The notes: generated by a model not told the origin, from the letters alone. Positions 35,034-43,940 are shown, numbered from the stretch's first letter. The stretch is 64,000 nucleotides of DNA from an uncultured Candidatus Saccharibacteria bacterium (GCA_964360585.1 CAYHXC010000005.1:7947-71946); one strand, 5' to 3'. Numbers and translations are program-made.

Positions 35034-35447
35034 ATAACTTTGCAGGTAGGGGTGAAGGCTCTGCTTAAAAACAAAGAGGGCCAGTATCTGCTTCTACGGC
35101 GATCACTCGAGAAGTATCCGGGTATTCAAGGACGTTGGGACATTGTTGGTGGACGGATTGATCCGGGGAGCGAGTTGATTGAAAACTTGAAAAGAGAGAT
35201 TAAGGAGGAAACCGGCTTAAACCTTGTGGGTGCTCCTACGTTGGTTGGTGCCCAAGATATTTTGAGGCCGGGCAAGCATGTGGTTCGGTTGACCTATATT
35301 GGCGAAGTGGAGGGCGAGATTGTCTTAGACGAGAGTGAGAACGATCAGTACAAGTGGTATGTGTGGGAGGAGATTCTGAAAATCGATGATCTCGATATGT
35401 ATTTTAAGGAACTTTTATCGGATCTAGTAAAGGTGATTCAGAAATAA
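35022..35447 (+). CDS. NUDIX hydrolase
   Basis: NUDIX box GGRIDPGSELIENLKREIKEETGL. Confidence 0.8.
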   Translation: MENQITLQVGVKALLKNKEGQYLLLRRSLEKYPGIQGRWDIVGGRIDPGSELIENLKREIKEETGLNLVGAPTLVGAQDILRPGKHVVRLTYIGEVEGEIVLDESENDQYKWYVWEEILKIDDLDMYFKELLSDLVKVIQK

Positions 35448-35487
35448 CATTCTAACATTCTGCAGAATGTTAGAATGTTTGTGAAAT

Positions 35488-36189
35488 ATGATATTTCTCA
35501 AATTTACTAAGTTTCCACAGGTGAGGTATGGATTTTCAAGTCAGCAGGATGGTTCGATGCATCGACATTTGGAGAAGACGAATCGTGAACGATATTTTTC
35601 AGATATCGGAATTCGACCGGAGCAAGTGATAACTGCAGACCTAGTTCACGGCAATCACGTCACATTTGTTTCAGGGGAAGATAGTGGAAAGATGATTGCG
35701 GCGACCGATGGGCTAATCACAAACGAGAAGAATCTTTTTCTTTCCATTACTACGGCGGACTGTTATCCAGTTTATTTCTACGACCCGGTGCAAAAATGTA
35801 TCGGCATTGCTCATGCTGGTTGGCGAGGGACGCTCGGAAATATTATTCAGGAAACAGTTGAAGCTTTGATCGGGAATTTTAAAACGAAACCTTCAGACTT
35901 ACGCGTCGGTATCGGTCCAGCCATCAGAAAGTGTCACTTTGAAATCAGTCGCGGGGATAAAGGTAAATATGAAAACTATCCAGAATGTATCTCTGAAAAA
36001 CAAGGGAAAGTGTTTGTGGATTTGGCTGGCATCATTAAGTTTCAGTTACTCAGGGATGGAGTAATAGAGGAGCATATCGAAGATTGTGGTCTTTGCACCT
36101 ATTGCGAGACGGGAAATTGTTTCTCGTATCGTCGAGATCAGCCGAAGGAGATCCAGCCTATGATCGGGTATATTGGTTTAATGCGATGA
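35488..36189 (+). CDS. pgeF: Peptidoglycan editing factor PgeF (YfiH/DUF152, laccase-domain protein)
   Basis: TADCYPVYF...IAHAGWRG...CTYCETGNCFSYRRD signatures. Confidence 0.8.
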   Translation: MIFLKFTKFPQVRYGFSSQQDGSMHRHLEKTNRERYFSDIGIRPEQVITADLVHGNHVTFVSGEDSGKMIAATDGLITNEKNLFLSITTADCYPVYFYDPVQKCIGIAHAGWRGTLGNIIQETVEALIGNFKTKPSDLRVGIGPAIRKCHFEISRGDKGKYENYPECISEKQGKVFVDLAGIIKFQLLRDGVIEEHIEDCGLCTYCETGNCFSYRRDQPKEIQPMIGYIGLMR

Positions 36190-36334
36190 ATTGACTTCGT
36201 TGGAGAGAGTATGTAAAAAGGAGTCAGGACATTGATTTCAAACTACTACTTGTTGCGGGCGTTCGCGCTCAAAGCAGGGCTTCTTTTGCTCGCAGAAGAA
36301 GTGAACCGTAGCTTGGGCTACAAAAGGAAACAAC

Positions 36335-37465
36335 ATGAGCCGTCAAGATGAAGCAGATCTTCTGAAGATTGGATTCGGCGCCGGGGGAAATGATTTCCTT
36401 GCCGTGCATTGGTTCCGATCTGCCACTCACGAGGAGCGAATTCACGCCGTTCAAGTGGCACTGGAAGAAGCGGGGCAGAAGAATGAAGACAAGGTTGGGA
36501 TTGAACTCTTCGCTTTGTTGGAGAATATGGTGGATCTTCAGGAAGAGTTGGCGGAAGCTGCCAAGCCGACAGGGCGTCACTACGGCGAAGCTGCTGAGAG
36601 AGCCAAGCAAATCATTCGTTCGTACGTCGCAGATCTCTACTGGAAGTTGCCTAACCTTCGATTCTCGGGTTATTCCAGCAGGCAGGATCCTGCAGCGACG
36701 ATGGTCGAGACCAAAATGGCACTCCTAAAGAGGATCATTGGCGCATGGCTTCCTCAAGGGACGAAGGAAAGTCGTGAAGCATTCGGATTCATAATCGCAG
36801 TTTGCTATCCTCTTCCCACAAACCAGTTTCGACCTAGCGGAGAGAGTGTGGCCGAAACGAAGGCTCGCGGCCGAATGGTCTTTCCCGAGGAGCGGGAAAA
36901 AATATTTGCGCTCATCCGCGACCACATCTCTTTCTGGAAAGCAGACCAGCTGGACCCGTGGATTTTGGAGCCACGCCTTCCAGCTGATATCCAGAAAATA
37001 CTGATCATCACTCGGGCTCGGAATGGCGGAATGGAGCTGGTGCGGCGGGAATTGGAGCAGGCACGCATTCTACAGCCACTCGATTCATCTGGACGCTCGC
37101 CAGCGGTATTCGCATTTCTGGAGAGATTTTTTCCGGAATTAAGGAACTTCGACGCTCGGCTGGCCCAGCTTCGGGAGCAGATGCGACCGGCAAAACATTG
37201 GTCATCGGACAAGGACCGAGAAATCGGAGGTTCAGAAATGGTCCTGGGAGAGATCACAGTGGAAATCTCCAGCTTGCAATCTGCCCTCATTCGGGTGACC
37301 CTCGAGAAGGACTGTTCTCGAGAGTTGGGAATGGATATTGCCGGTCGAGTCCGCCGTCATGTTCGGGCCTGGGTGGAAAAGAATTCCGGCATCGACATTT
37401 CCCTCGAAGTGAATGGAGGAAAGGGGAATCTGTGTATTGCAGAAACCCAGCGCATTCGAAAGTAG
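36335..37465 (+). CDS. Hypothetical protein in a GC-rich island
   Basis: 376-aa ORF with no recognised motifs and conspicuously higher GC than its neighbours. Confidence 0.4.
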   Translation: MSRQDEADLLKIGFGAGGNDFLAVHWFRSATHEERIHAVQVALEEAGQKNEDKVGIELFALLENMVDLQEELAEAAKPTGRHYGEAAERAKQIIRSYVADLYWKLPNLRFSGYSSRQDPAATMVETKMALLKRIIGAWLPQGTKESREAFGFIIAVCYPLPTNQFRPSGESVAETKARGRMVFPEEREKIFALIRDHISFWKADQLDPWILEPRLPADIQKILIITRARNGGMELVRRELEQARILQPLDSSGRSPAVFAFLERFFPELRNFDARLAQLREQMRPAKHWSSDKDREIGGSEMVLGEITVEISSLQSALIRVTLEKDCSRELGMDIAGRVRRHVRAWVEKNSGIDISLEVNGGKGNLCIAETQRIRK

Positions 37466-37527
37466 CGTACCCGCAGGCCACATAACTGGCCTGTTTTTTA
37501 TTTGGGCAAAAGATTACTATTGGAGTT

Positions 37528-38016
37528 ATGGAAAATCAGCACCTTCACGAAGTCGTCATTACAGCTATGATTGTTCAAGGGGGCAAGTACCTGATTACAA
37601 AGCGATCGGCCTCGAAGAAGCGTTTTCCCAATATGTGGACAGTTCCGGGAGGAAAGTTAGAGTCTAAGGACTATCTCGAACTGCCCAAAGATACCAAAGA
37701 CTATTGGTACAACGTTCTAGAACGAACTCTACGGCGGGAAGTAAAAGAAGAGGTTGGTATCGACATCGAAAATATTGAGTACGTAACCAGCCTTGCTACT
37801 GTGCACGCTGATGGCAGTCCGTCGTTGGTCATCTCGTGCATGGCTGATTATAAAGGCGGGGAAATTACGCTTGATCCGGCAGAATGCGATGAGTATGCCT
37901 GGGTGAGCTTAGAAGAAGCTAAATCAAAAGATCTCATTGATGGTATTTATGATGAGTTGGCAATGGTAGAGAATAAACGCCTGGGTAAAAAATCGGAATG
38001 GCAACGATCTGAATAG
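37528..38016 (+). CDS. NUDIX hydrolase
   Basis: PGGKLESKDY...TLRREVKEEVGIDIE NUDIX box. Confidence 0.8.
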   Translation: MENQHLHEVVITAMIVQGGKYLITKRSASKKRFPNMWTVPGGKLESKDYLELPKDTKDYWYNVLERTLRREVKEEVGIDIENIEYVTSLATVHADGSPSLVISCMADYKGGEITLDPAECDEYAWVSLEEAKSKDLIDGIYDELAMVENKRLGKKSEWQRSE

Positions 38017-38075
38017 AGCTGGCACACTTGGAAAAAAGAAGGGGAGGCCGTAAGATTGTATCGCACTAATATGCG

Positions 38076-38209
38076 TCCCCGCACCTAATGGGAAGTGGGG
38101 TGGTAAAAATAGAGTTAGTTAACTGATCATTATGATTATGCAAAAAGTCGGCAACCTTAGAGCGGAACTCCGTTTCTTAGAAACGGTTCTTCCCATTAGG
38201 TGAGGGGAT
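38076..38209 (+). repeat. SD/AUG-sequestering inverted-repeat element, copy 4 (the 3' arm supplies the SD and ATG of the yvcK-like gene)
   Basis: Arms TCCCCGCACCTAATGGGAAG / CTTCCCATTAGGTGAGGGGA-TG. The ATG at 38208 is the CDS start. A small hairpin CCGTTTCTTAGAAACGG with a U-run lies just 5' of the 3' arm. Confidence 0.7.
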
Positions 38210-39164
38210 GAAGATAAAAAACATCGTCACCATTGGCGGCGGGACAGGTACGTTTACGGTTCTCTCAGGGCTGAAGACTTTTCCTTTGAATCTTTCGGCT
38301 ATTGTTTCTATGTCTGACGATGGAGGATCGACCGGAATGTTACGGGACCAGTACGGTGTTCTGCCTCCTGGCGATATTCGCCGCGCTCTCGTAGCCCTGT
38401 CCGAATCCAGTGAAACACTCCGTGATCTTTTCAACTATCGTTTTGAAGAGGGTGGTTTGCATGGGTACAACTTCGGCAATCTTTTCTTGGCCGCGCTTGA
38501 AAAAGTAACCGGCGACTTCACCTCGGCCATCCGCGAGGCTTCAAATCTTCTGAGTATTAATGGTGAGGTGGTGCCCGTCACATTGGATGATGTTCGCTTG
38601 TATGCCAAGTTGATCGATGGAAAGATATTGCGTGGCGAAACGCGGATCGATATTCCCCGTACTGCCAATCGGCCGAAAATCGAAACGGTTTGGCTTGAAC
38701 CGACGGCGCGTATAAATCCCAGCGTCCGTCGGGTGCTCCATGTGGCTGACTTGATTATTATTGGCCCTGGAGATTTGTATACCAGTATCATTCCGAACCT
38801 CTTGGTCAAAGGTATGCCCGAAGTAATTCGCGACTCTAAGGCCAAAAAAGTGTATATCGGGAATATTATGACCAAGCAGGGCGAAACAGACGACTTCAAA
38901 GCTGAAGATTTTGTAACGGAAGTAGAAAAGTATCTTGGACAAGGTATCTTAGATTACGCTTTGTTTAATAAGAAAAGACCAAAGCCATCGACGCTCGCCC
39001 GATATCGTAAAAAGGGGGCGCATTTTATTGATGCTGGAACCATAAACCTGAAGAGTAAAAAGCCGAAGTATCTGAAAGCTGATCTTCTCGATCCGGGTCC
39101 ATTTATCCGTCACTCGCCCAAAAAGTTAGCGGAAGCGATTCTCGCGCTTTTCTCTCAGAAATAA
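38208..39164 (+). CDS. YvcK/UPF0052-family (CofD-like) protein
   Basis: IVTIGGGTGTFTVLSGLK...SMSDDGGSTGMLRDQYGVLPPGDIRRALVAL. Confidence 0.8.
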   Translation: MKIKNIVTIGGGTGTFTVLSGLKTFPLNLSAIVSMSDDGGSTGMLRDQYGVLPPGDIRRALVALSESSETLRDLFNYRFEEGGLHGYNFGNLFLAALEKVTGDFTSAIREASNLLSINGEVVPVTLDDVRLYAKLIDGKILRGETRIDIPRTANRPKIETVWLEPTARINPSVRRVLHVADLIIIGPGDLYTSIIPNLLVKGMPEVIRDSKAKKVYIGNIMTKQGETDDFKAEDFVTEVEKYLGQGILDYALFNKKRPKPSTLARYRKKGAHFIDAGTINLKSKKPKYLKADLLDPGPFIRHSPKKLAEAILALFSQK

Positions 39165-39172
39165 GAAAAGAG

Positions 39173-39880
39173 TTGCGGAAAGAGCTCGACTGCGGCTATA
39201 ATAGCGAGATGAATAAAAATTCACTACTTGTAATCGCGGCCATCCTACTCTTAATTATTGGCGTATGGTACATCTTTTTTATGGAACCGCCCGGGAATCT
39301 CGAAAATGACACACAGCAGGAACTATCCGAACCCTATTCATTAGAAAATCAGACAAGTTCAAATACTGTAAAGACATCACAAAATAATACAACTCAATCA
39401 ATAACCATGCACACAATCGCACTCGATACTAATTACGGAAAGATCGTTTTCGAAACCTATGACGAAGATGCGCCGAAGACGGTTAATAACTTTATTACGC
39501 TCGCTAATAAAGGTTTCTATAATAACGTTGTTTTCCACAGGATTATTAAAGGATTTATGATTCAGGGCGGTGATCCGACAGGCACCGGTACAGGCGGCCC
39601 AGGATATGCATTTGCCGATGAGCTGAATCCGGCTACCCCTTCCTATAAAGCGGGCTACAAAAGAGGAGTAGTGGCCATGGCGAACGCCGGGCCAAATACC
39701 AATGGCAGTCAGTTCTTTATCATGCATCAGGACTATCCGTTACCGAATAGCTATTCCATTTTTGGGAAGGTTGTAGAGGGGCAGGAAGTGGTAGACAAAA
39801 TTGCGACTACCCCAAGAGATCGAAGCGATAGGCCATTAACGCCGGTAACTATCACTTCGGTAACTGTCTCGGACAAATAG
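39173..39880 (+). CDS. ppiB: Peptidyl-prolyl cis-trans isomerase, cyclophilin type, with an N-terminal membrane anchor
   Basis: FHRIIKGFMIQGGDPTGTGTGGPGY...NGSQFFI. The start may be the internal Met (MNKNSLLVIAAILL). Confidence 0.85.
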   Translation: MRKELDCGYNSEMNKNSLLVIAAILLLIIGVWYIFFMEPPGNLENDTQQELSEPYSLENQTSSNTVKTSQNNTTQSITMHTIALDTNYGKIVFETYDEDAPKTVNNFITLANKGFYNNVVFHRIIKGFMIQGGDPTGTGTGGPGYAFADELNPATPSYKAGYKRGVVAMANAGPNTNGSQFFIMHQDYPLPNSYSIFGKVVEGQEVVDKIATTPRDRSDRPLTPVTITSVTVSDK

Positions 39881-39886
39881 GAATGA

Positions 39887-40020
39887 ATCCCCACACCTAA
39901 CCGGAAATGAGGAATGAAAAAGTAATTAACCAATGAATCATATATCTTTTATAAAAGAGGCGAAAATTATCCTAGGATTTAGTCGCTTTAGAGCGACTGT
40001 TTCCGGTTAGGTGTGGGGAT
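39887..40020 (+). repeat. SD/AUG-sequestering inverted-repeat element, copy 5 (the 3' arm supplies the SD and ATG of the ABC ATPase gene)
   Basis: Arms ATCCCCACACCTAACCGGAAA / TTTCCGGTTAGGTGTGGGGAT-G. It begins 7 nt after the ppiB stop and contains a promoter-like TTAACC-17-TATAAA in the loop. Confidence 0.7.
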
Positions 40021-40936
40021 GAAAGCACTCTCCGTTTCAAATCTCGAAAAAATATACGCCAATGGCGTTCAAGCCCTCAAGGGGGTTAGTCTCAATATTG
40101 AGGAGGGTGATTTTTTCGCGCTTCTTGGTCCGAATGGCGCTGGGAAAACGACGATTATTGGGATCACCTGTGGTCTCGTAAATAAAACCGGCGGCACCGT
40201 CCGGGTTTTTGGTCGCGACATTGATCAGTCGCTCGACGAGGCAAAGTCATTTATCGGTCTCGTGCCGCAAGAGATGAACTTCAATATTTTCGAACGCGTG
40301 GAGGATATTGTGGTGGATCAAGCCGGATTTTACGGTATTCCACAGTCGGTGGCTAGGAAAGATGCCGAGAAGTATCTGAAACAGCTTGGTCTTTGGGAGA
40401 AGCGAAACGATAAGTCCATGACACTCTCGGGCGGTATGAAACGGCGCCTCCTAATCGCCCGAGCCCTGATTCACCATCCCAAACTTTTAATCCTCGACGA
40501 ACCGACGGCCGGCGTGGATATCGAACTGCGTCGCGGTATGTGGGATTTTCTCCGCGAACTAACGAATGAAAAGGGGATTACGATTATTTTAACCACGCAT
40601 TACTTAGAAGAAGCAGAACAGCTCTGTAAAAACGTGGCCATTATTAATAAGGGTGAGATCGTGGAGCAGGGAAGTATGCAGAAAGTTCTCTCCGGTTTAA
40701 ATAAAGAAACGTTTATTCTCTATCTTAAAAATCCGATGACCGATCATGTACTTTCCGCCATTCACAAATTCCATCCGAAACGTGTGGACGACGCCACACT
40801 CGAAGCCAGTGTTTCGAATGGCGACACGGTGACTGAACTGATCGAGACGCTTAAAAATAATCAGATTCAGGTTGGCAGTATGCGGAACAAGTCGAACCGC
40901 CTTGAAGAAGTATTTGTGAGCCTTATTTCAAAATAA
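40019..40936 (+). CDS. ABC transporter ATP-binding protein (ABC-2 exporter type)
   Basis: Walker A GPNGAGKTT, signature LSGGMKRRL, Walker B LILDEPT. Start set at the ATG inside the repeat arm; the track used an upstream GTG. Confidence 0.85.
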   Translation: MKALSVSNLEKIYANGVQALKGVSLNIEEGDFFALLGPNGAGKTTIIGITCGLVNKTGGTVRVFGRDIDQSLDEAKSFIGLVPQEMNFNIFERVEDIVVDQAGFYGIPQSVARKDAEKYLKQLGLWEKRNDKSMTLSGGMKRRLLIARALIHHPKLLILDEPTAGVDIELRRGMWDFLRELTNEKGITIILTTHYLEEAEQLCKNVAIINKGEIVEQGSMQKVLSGLNKETFILYLKNPMTDHVLSAIHKFHPKRVDDATLEASVSNGDTVTELIETLKNNQIQVGSMRNKSNRLEEVFVSLISK

Positions 40937-41709
40937 TGAGTAACAAACGCATATTCATTGCCTTTATGACCATCGTCCGGCGCGAAGTCGGCCGTTTCTT
41001 CCGTATCTGGACGCAGACGATGTTGCCTTCAGTTGTTACGTCTGTTCTCTACTTCTTGATCTTCGGCGCTTTTATCGGCTCGCAGGTCCGGCCGATTAGT
41101 GGCGTTTCCTATATGGAGTTTATCGTGCCTGGATTAGTCATGATGGCAGTTATCACGAACTCTTTCCAAAATGTGGTTGGCTCATTTTTCACCTCCAAAT
41201 TTATGAAAAGTATTGAGGAAATCTTAGTCTCACCAATGCCCTCGTGGGTAATCATTGCTGGTTATACGACTGGCGGTGTTTTGCGTGGGGTGGTGGTCGG
41301 CGCTTTAGTACTCATCGTCTCACTTTTTTTTACCAGTATTTCTATTACTCACCTTGGTCTCGTTATCCTCTTCATGGTTTTAACGGCATTTCTTTTTTCC
41401 TTCGCTGGACTCTTTAACGCGCTTTTTGCCAAGAACTTTGATCAGATCTCGATCATTCCGGTTTTCGTTTTAACACCGCTAACGTACCTCGGGGGAGTGT
41501 TCTACTCCGTGAAAGCCTTGCCGGCATTTTGGCAAAATCTTTCCTATCTTAATCCGATTCTCTACATGGTAAATGGTTTCCGTTACGGTTTCTCTGGAAT
41601 TTCCGATGTAAATATTACTTCCGGCCTCCTTATCCTTGTCGGCCTTAATGCTATTCTGGCCTTTGTCGACTGGCGTCTTATCGAAAAAGGTGTGGGGCTG
41701 AAGAATTAA
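40936..41709 (+). CDS. ABC-2 family transporter permease
   Basis: Six predicted TM helices; the start overlaps the ATPase stop. Confidence 0.75.
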   Translation: MSNKRIFIAFMTIVRREVGRFFRIWTQTMLPSVVTSVLYFLIFGAFIGSQVRPISGVSYMEFIVPGLVMMAVITNSFQNVVGSFFTSKFMKSIEEILVSPMPSWVIIAGYTTGGVLRGVVVGALVLIVSLFFTSISITHLGLVILFMVLTAFLFSFAGLFNALFAKNFDQISIIPVFVLTPLTYLGGVFYSVKALPAFWQNLSYLNPILYMVNGFRYGFSGISDVNITSGLLILVGLNAILAFVDWRLIEKGVGLKN

Positions 41710-41739
41710 AATAAAAGAAAAAGCCGCCTTTGAGAGCGG

Positions 41740-42036
41740 CTAGCGGAGCAAACTTGAAGCAAAGAGAGGAGGTTCAGGTGGGAACTCGTCAAGACCTTTC
41801 AGGGTCCACCCTCCCAGTTCCCAAGCTTCTTGAATGTCAGTGAATGAGACTTCGTCACAGTAGATCTCGGTCGGTTGATCGTCGATATGGTGACGAAGAT
41901 ACGTAATCACCACATCGGCAGATCCGATAAAAACGAGATCGTCCATTTTAGGATTTGCATCCGTAACCCACTCGCGTTCTATGTGCCAGGACTGGTCTCC
42001 GTGTTCGTGGAAGACAAGTAGTTTGAACCGAGCCAT
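41740..42036 (-). CDS. Hypothetical protein
   Basis: 98-aa ORF with no recognised motifs. Confidence 0.35.
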   Translation of the reverse strand: MARFKLLVFHEHGDQSWHIEREWVTDANPKMDDLVFIGSADVVITYLRHHIDDQPTEIYCDEVSFTDIQEAWELGGWTLKGLDEFPPEPPLFASSLLR

Positions 42037-42240
42037 CCAACCTCCTGCGATTAACTATATAGATACTATAATTTCAGCCTATAAATACCAAGCCCTTGCT
42101 TTTTTTAGAGGGATATGGTATAGTGCCTGTGTAAGTGTTTCTCCAGGCGTTTCTTTCCTGTCGTGCTTCATTATGTAAGCTGATGGAATAGGTAGCCGTA
42201 ATAAAGAGAAGAGGTCGGCTTACATAACGACGAACGTACA

Positions 42241-42531
42241 ATGGCAAAAAGATTATACGTTGGCGGATTACCGTATTCTACATCAGATGCGGAGCTCAAA
42301 GACGCGTTTATGCGCGCCGGAAACGTCGAGTCGGCTACAGTCATCATGGATAAGATGACCGGCCGCTCGAAGGGCTTCGGATTTGTGGAGATGTCAAACG
42401 ACGACGATGCAGACAAGGCTATTACCATGTGGAATGGCCAGGAGCTCGGCGGACGACGGTTGACCGTGAACGAAGCTCGTCCGATGGAGGCTCGCGCCCC
42501 GCGGACTGGCGGCTACGGAATGCGGAACTAG
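42241..42531 (+). CDS. RRM-type RNA-binding protein
   Basis: RNP-2 LYVGGL and RNP-1 KGFGFVEM, with a C-terminal RG-rich tail. Confidence 0.85.
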   Translation: MAKRLYVGGLPYSTSDAELKDAFMRAGNVESATVIMDKMTGRSKGFGFVEMSNDDDADKAITMWNGQELGGRRLTVNEARPMEARAPRTGGYGMRN

Positions 42532-42552
42532 TTTTCGCTCTGTGGTTTTAAA

Positions 42553-42585
42553 GGAAAACCCCGATTTATTTCGGGGTTTTTCTAT
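42553..42585 (+). terminator. Rho-independent terminator (AAAACCCCGA-TTTATT-TCGGGGTTTTTCTAT)
   Basis: GC hairpin plus a U-run after the RRM gene. Confidence 0.65.
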
Positions 42586-42618
42586 TATCCGTGTATTGCT
42601 TAGGAGTAATTACTTATT

Positions 42619-42734
42619 GTCATTGCGAGGAGCGTAGCGACCGCGGCAATCTCCTGCCTCTTTTTTCATCTTGAGATTGCCACGCCCTGCGGGCTCCCTC
42701 CTACGCTAAAGCTGCGGACGGGCAGGCGCATGAC
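42619..42734. repeat. Nested-palindrome MITE-like repeat, copy C
   Basis: GTCATTGCGAGGAGCGTAGCGACCGCGGCAATCTC...GAGATTGCCACGCC...GGGCAGGCGCATGAC. Outer TIRs plus an inner inverted repeat. It ends 6 nt before the ATG of the next CDS. Confidence 0.7.
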
Positions 42735-42740
42735 AATTCT

Positions 42741-43160
42741 ATGAGTTATCATAAAAAGATGTTTAAGCGCTACAGTCTTATTTTTGTCGTGGCCTTTGTT
42801 TTGAATCTCATCTGGGAAAATCTCCACTCGTTTTTATATCTGAACTATCAAGGCGGACCGATTACCGAACTGATTCTCCTCCGCGCTACACTTTTCGATG
42901 CAGTTTTTATCACACTCCTTTTCTTACTGACCGATTCTCTAAAACTGAAAAATAGAGGATTGTATATACAGATTGGCTTAAGTTTTCTCGTTACTGTTTT
43001 AATTGAGGTTTTTGCGCTCGCGACGACTCGTTGGGTCTATGGTTTATACATGCCAATTATTCCATTTCTCGAAGTTGGTTTTACGCCGATTCTTCAACTG
43101 CCCCTTCTGACTTGGCTTACGGGGCGGCTAGTCTTGACTTCCTCTCAAAGAAAGATATAA
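42741..43160 (+). CDS. Hypothetical integral membrane protein
   Basis: About 4 TM helices. Confidence 0.45.
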   Translation: MSYHKKMFKRYSLIFVVAFVLNLIWENLHSFLYLNYQGGPITELILLRATLFDAVFITLLFLLTDSLKLKNRGLYIQIGLSFLVTVLIEVFALATTRWVYGLYMPIIPFLEVGFTPILQLPLLTWLTGRLVLTSSQRKI

Positions 43161-43324
43161 AGAGTACGTTCAGGCCAAACGCTTGGGCGGAGTATTGGTA
43201 AGACTCCTTAAAGAACTTCCTGACTACACCGCAAAAGGTGCGGCAGTGGGGGGTTGTTTAAGCAGTATTTTCGCTTGACCCCTTACCAAAACAACAGCTC
43301 TTCGACAAGAGAAGAGGAGGAGTA

Positions 43325-43672
43325 ATGACTAAACTTTTAGAGCGAGTTCTTTTTGTGGTGCCGTTCTTGATGATTGCGATATCTGTTTGGAGTGGCAGGG
43401 GGTTTGAGGAGACTATTAAGACTGAGCTCTTTCTTTCCGGAATAAGTTTGTTTTTTGTTCTCTTCCTTTCCTCTTTAGGAACTACGCCTACCGCCCGCTC
43501 ACGGGGCGGACTATTCCCAGATTCCGGTCTTTTGGACAAGACACCCTGGCAAGTGGTGGGGATGATTTTGTTTACGATGCGATGGTTTATTGCCGCTCAA
43601 GGGGTTTTGGTTGTGGGACTTGTTATTTACTGGTGTCTAGCTGAGCCTCAATCATTCGAAATACGTCACTAA
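43325..43672 (+). CDS. Hypothetical integral membrane protein
   Basis: About 3 TM helices. Confidence 0.4.
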   Translation: MTKLLERVLFVVPFLMIAISVWSGRGFEETIKTELFLSGISLFFVLFLSSLGTTPTARSRGGLFPDSGLLDKTPWQVVGMILFTMRWFIAAQGVLVVGLVIYWCLAEPQSFEIRH

Positions 43673-43808
43673 TTTCTTTATCCTTCCGATTATTCGGGAG
43701 GTTTTTATTTTCGCTTGCGTAAGTAGGACATTTCTGATATAGTTTTTTCGCTGAAAACATCTGCGAACGCAGCTGTTTTTATTCTAAGAGGGATACTCAA
43801 TTGAACGA

Positions 43809-43940
43809 ATCCCCACACCTATTGGGAAATCTAGGAAAAAATCAACGAGTTAATTATTTATTTATCTATGCAAAAGTCGTCAATTTATAACTTAGGGTAT
43901 GGCCGTCCGCAAACGGCTGTTTCCCAATAGGTGTGGGGAT
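43809..43940 (+). repeat. SD/AUG-sequestering inverted-repeat element, copy 6 (the 3' arm supplies the SD and ATG of typA)
   Basis: Arms ATCCCCACACCTATTGGGAAA / TTTCCCAATAGGTGTGGGGAT-G. A small hairpin CCGTCCGCAAACGG with a U-run lies just before the 3' arm. Confidence 0.7.
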
